A stretch of 64,000 nucleotides of DNA from Eledone cirrhosa. Taxonomy: Eukaryota. Both the position numbers and the translations under genes were made by a program. The stretch lies in assembly GCA_964016885.1 (NCBI GenBank), contig OZ024763.1, positions 29,264,001-29,328,000 on the forward strand, in the 5' to 3' direction. The stretch's first letter is position 1; every line of letters begins with the position of its first letter. The notes beneath the pieces are model-generated. The model was not told the DNA's origin. It searched no databases and saw only the letters and a program-made list of their open reading frames with translations. This document shows positions 59,978-64,000 of this stretch, in pieces.

Positions 59978-60249
59978 TTATCCCTGGTTCAATCAGGAGT
60001 AACCACAGTAAGTAAGGTACTCAATACATATCAGAGTATAAATATTTAATATAGAAATGGCTTCTACAGGACTAGAACTGTTCCATTCAGGAGAAATCAT
60101 CAGGAAGCCAACTGTCCATGTAATATGGTGGTATTTATACATTTTCTGGTGGTAGGAGAGGGTGGTGGTAGGAGAGGGTGGAGGTCATTGGTTGATGGGT
60201 TTAAAGAAAAGGGAATTCTTTAAATGAGTCAGATAAAGTTCTTTGGAAT

Positions 60250-61038
60250 ATTAAATTATGACTTTCGGTATGTTCTGAGTTCAAATCCGTAACTCCATGC
60301 TTTGAAGCATAGAGTTACGTCCCTTTATGATCCTGAGTTCAAATCCCGCCGAGGTTAACTTTGCCTTTCATCCTTACGGGGTCGATAAAATAAAGTACCA
60401 GTAATGTACTGGGTAATTTCTGGCCTTGTGCCAATAGTAGAAACAATTAAATTATGACTTTCGGTATGTTCTGAGTTCAAATCCGTAACTCCATGCTTTG
60501 AAGCATAGAGTTACGTCCCTTTATGATCCTGAGTTCAAATCCCGCCGAGGTTAACTTTGCCTTTCATCCTTACGGGGTCGATAAAATAAAGTACCAGTAA
60601 TGTACTGGGTAATTTCTGGCCTTGTGCCAATAGTAGAAACAATTAAGTTATGACTTTCGGTATGTTCTGAGTTGAAATCCGTAACTCCATGCTTTGAAGC
60701 ATAGAGTTACGTCCCTTTATGATCTGAGTTCAAATCCCGCCGAGGTTAACTTTGCCTTTCATCCTTACGGGGTCGATAAAATAAAGTACCAGTAATGTAC
60801 TGGGTAATTTCTGGCCTTGTGCCAATAGTAGAAACAATTAAGTTATGACTTTCGGTATGTTCTGAGTTGAAATCCGTAACTCCATGCTTTGAAGCATAGA
60901 GTTACGTCCCTTTATGATCCTGAGTTCAAATCCCGCCGAGGTTAACTTTGCCTTTCATCCTTACGGGGTCGATAAAATAAAGTACCAGTAATGCACTGGT
61001 TAATTGCTGGCCTTGTGCCTAAAGTAGAAACAATTATT
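60250..61038 (+). repeat. Four near-identical 195-196-bp tandem units derived from SINE family 1
   Basis: Unit starts at 60250, 60446, 60642 and 60837. Confidence 0.93.
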
Positions 61039-61046
61039 ATTATTTA

Positions 61047-61510
61047 TTGAAAGGACTGAAGACAGACAATTTTCTCTTCGGCCAATCCCTCATCAACTTC
61101 TACAAGTTTCACCTGGAAAGGAAGATGAGGGTGGAGAGGGAAGTGCTGCCCTGCCCCCAGTACATTTGCCAAAAGGTGGATGAATGTGGCGAGATTGGCC
61201 TGTGTGAGTGGGCCGACTCTGACCATGCTAATTTGAGGAGGAGAGGGGGTGCTCTCCTCGGTTGCCCTAGAAGCGAAGGATGGTTCAGGATTGGTGGGGT
61301 ACCTTAGTCACCCCAGGGTCGTCCACCCCTCTCCTTATAAGGGAATTTATTTTGTTATATTTATGCATAGTTTATTTTATATTTTTTATATCTTCATTGT
61401 TAAATTAGTCTTGCCATTGTGCACTTTTACTCGACCTTATTGTAAACCCCCACTGTCCCTGTCTTTGTATTGTCCCCTACATGTTGGCCCTTGTGACTAA
61501 TAAATGAAAT
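61047..61510 (+). mobile_element. Tx1/L1-like LINE 3' end
   Basis: KGLKTDNFLFGQSLINFYKFHLERKMRVEREVL aligns with the 41-kb peptide; ends AATAAA then (ATT)n. Confidence 0.65.
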
Positions 61511-61527
61511 CATTATTATTATCATCA

Positions 61528-61715
61528 AGGGTGGTGGATTGACAGTATCGGTAGAGGGTCGGACGCCATGCTTTGCAGCATAGTTACGTCCCTTTACAGA
61601 CTGAGTTCAAATCCCGCCGAGGTTAACTTTGCCTTTCATCCTTACGTGGGTCGACAAAATAAAGTACCAGTAATGCACTGGGTAATTGCAAGCCTGTGCC
61701 AAAAGTAGAAACAAT
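61528..61715 (+). mobile_element. Full-length SINE family 1
   Basis: Head, B-box and body. Confidence 0.9.
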
Positions 61716-62841
61716 TATTATTATTATCATCATCATCATAGAAAGAAGAATGTGAGAGGAATATTAAAATTGATAAGGACCAATCACTGTCGGATTAATT
61801 AAATACTTCGAGGGATTAAGGGGTTGTGACACACACACATACATACATACAGAAATATACGTACAGACACACACACGCATATAAGGTCACACACACACAG
61901 AGACACACATATATACACAGACACACGCACAAAAAGTAACACCAAAATACAAACACACATACGTATACACACACACACACACACACACATATATACACAG
62001 ACAAGCATACACATACATACGGACATTCGCACATAAGGTCACACTAAAACAAATATACACACAGACACACATGAAGATACAGACACACACACACACATAG
62101 GGTCGCACATAGACACACATATACACACACGGACACACGCATACATAAGGTCACACTAAATCACAGACAGATATACACACATACACACACACACACTCAG
62201 ACATACACACAGGCATACGCACACACATAGACGGACTTGTACACACACACACACACACACACGCATAAACCCACGCATAGACAGACTTTAGCAGCCATAG
62301 ACACACACAATCATGTACACACACACACACACACACAGATATGAACACACAGACATGTACACACACACACATGTACACACACACAGACACATCTCACCCA
62401 TACCCCCCGTCTAACCCCCAGCCCCTTTCCCATAGCAATAGACACACAGACCTGTACAGACACACACACACATGTACACACACACTCAGACACATCTCAC
62501 CCCTTACCCTACCCAACCCCGTCTAACCCCCAGCCCCTACCCCACAATGATCCATTATGCAATAATCGCCCTAACTCAATTATCTTATAGAGACTCTTAT
62601 AACCTTGATAGCGTTCATGATGGATTCCTTCATTCCGAAGAATAATAGAATGCTTAAATATGGCAGAGATAACAGAGATTAGCAGAATGTTGATTTGTTA
62701 AAGATTAGATGTAAATGAGAAACGGAATTAAGCTGGTTTCACTAAAGAATTAAGACGTATTAAGATCGATAAGGGAATCGTTGAAGATCGAAGAAGCTTT
62801 TCCTTGTCCCGATTGAGGTTTATGTGAATAATAATGATATA

Positions 62842-63870
62842 TTTAAACCTTTCTCTACCCCTATTTCTAATCAAAGATACGGCTGCTTGTGGGTTTCAAA
62901 TAATTTAGTGAATTATCAATAACTTCGTAAGATTTAGTAATATAACAACTTTCTCCTCGTTAAGCTCTATTTCGGAACATAACTTAACAAAGGTTCTTAC
63001 ATAAATTCTTGAGAACAGATATTTAGATAAATATAAATATTTTAAACCTTTCTCTACCCCTATTTATACCCAAAGATACGGCTGCATGTGGGTTTCAAAT
63101 AATTTAGTGAATTATCAATAATTTAGAAGGATTTAGTAATATAACAACTTTCTCCTCGTTAAGCTCTATTTCGGAACATAACTTAACAAAGGTTCTTACA
63201 TAAACTCTTGAGAACAGATTTTTAGATAAATATAAATATTTTAAACCTTTCTCTACCCCTATTTATACCCAAAGATACGGCTGCATGTGGGTTTCAAATA
63301 ATTTAGTGAATTATCAATAATTTAGAAGGATTTAGTAATATAACAACTTTCTCCTCGTTAAGCTTTATTTCGGAACATAACTTAACAAAGGTTCGTACAT
63401 GAAACTATGATAACAGATTTTTAGATAAATATAAATATTTTAACCCTTTCATTATCATATTTCTGAGGGAAAACGCTGCTTGAGGGCTTCATATAATTTA
63501 GTGAATTATCAAGAATTTGCACGGATTTAATAGTATAATTTAACTTTCTTATTAAAATTGGTTTTGGAGCATAACTTAACAAAGGTTCTTAGATAAAATT
63601 ATGATAAAAGAATTTTAGATAAATATAAATATTTGAACCCCTTCGTTTCAATATTTCTGATGAAAAGCGCTGCCTGTGGGTTTAATATAATTTAGTGAAT
63701 TATGAAGAATTTGGAAGGATTTAATAATATAATTCAACTTTTTCATTAAGCTTGGTTTTGGAGCATAACTTAATGCTGGTTCTTACATAAAATTATGATG
63801 AATGATTTTCAAATGTATATATAAATACTTTAACCCTTTCCTTTCCATATTTCTAATGATAAATACTGCA
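62842..63870 (+). repeat. About 199-bp tandem repeat, about 5 units, MITE-end-like
   Basis: Unit starts near 62842, 63041, 63240, 63439, 63632 and 63829; the first three are highly similar, later ones more diverged. Confidence 0.88.
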
Positions 63871-64000
63871 GGAGGGATATGAAGTCAATATACCTGGACA
63901 CCCAGAGATAGGAGAAGGTCGCTAATGAGCACCCACGATTGAGACGGGTACTGTGCAAGGGGATGGGGCGAGGAGGGGAGAAACTGAAACTTGCCTCCGA

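Overview
This is eukaryotic, extremely repeat-rich DNA with no recognisable host exon. The SINE, RTE and MITE repertoire resembles a cephalopod (octopus-like) genome, which is an inference only. Nearly all ORFs in the track are translations of (TA)n, (CA)n, (GA)n and (GGT)n microsatellites. The real coding remnants are all retroelement fragments: an RTE-type RT (33.6-35.2 kb), a second RTE C-terminus (39.6-40.1 kb), four Tx1/L1-like 3' ends, and two Penelope-like element (PLE) pieces (GIY-YIG endonuclease at 20.3 kb, RT-EN linker at 23.3 kb). About 30 tRNA-type SINE copies, several minisatellites and a 200-N gap are also present. The main hidden structure, found by eye, is at least 11 minimal type I hammerhead ribozyme (HHR) motifs with intact cores plus about 10 degenerate ones, from several unrelated sequence families. 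They lie in short islands inside (TA)n runs. Many are inside head-to-head fold-back (palindromic) insertions that share one design: (TA)n - short inverted arm - variable centre - long arm with tail - (TA)n. All folds are manual and no activity is demonstrated.
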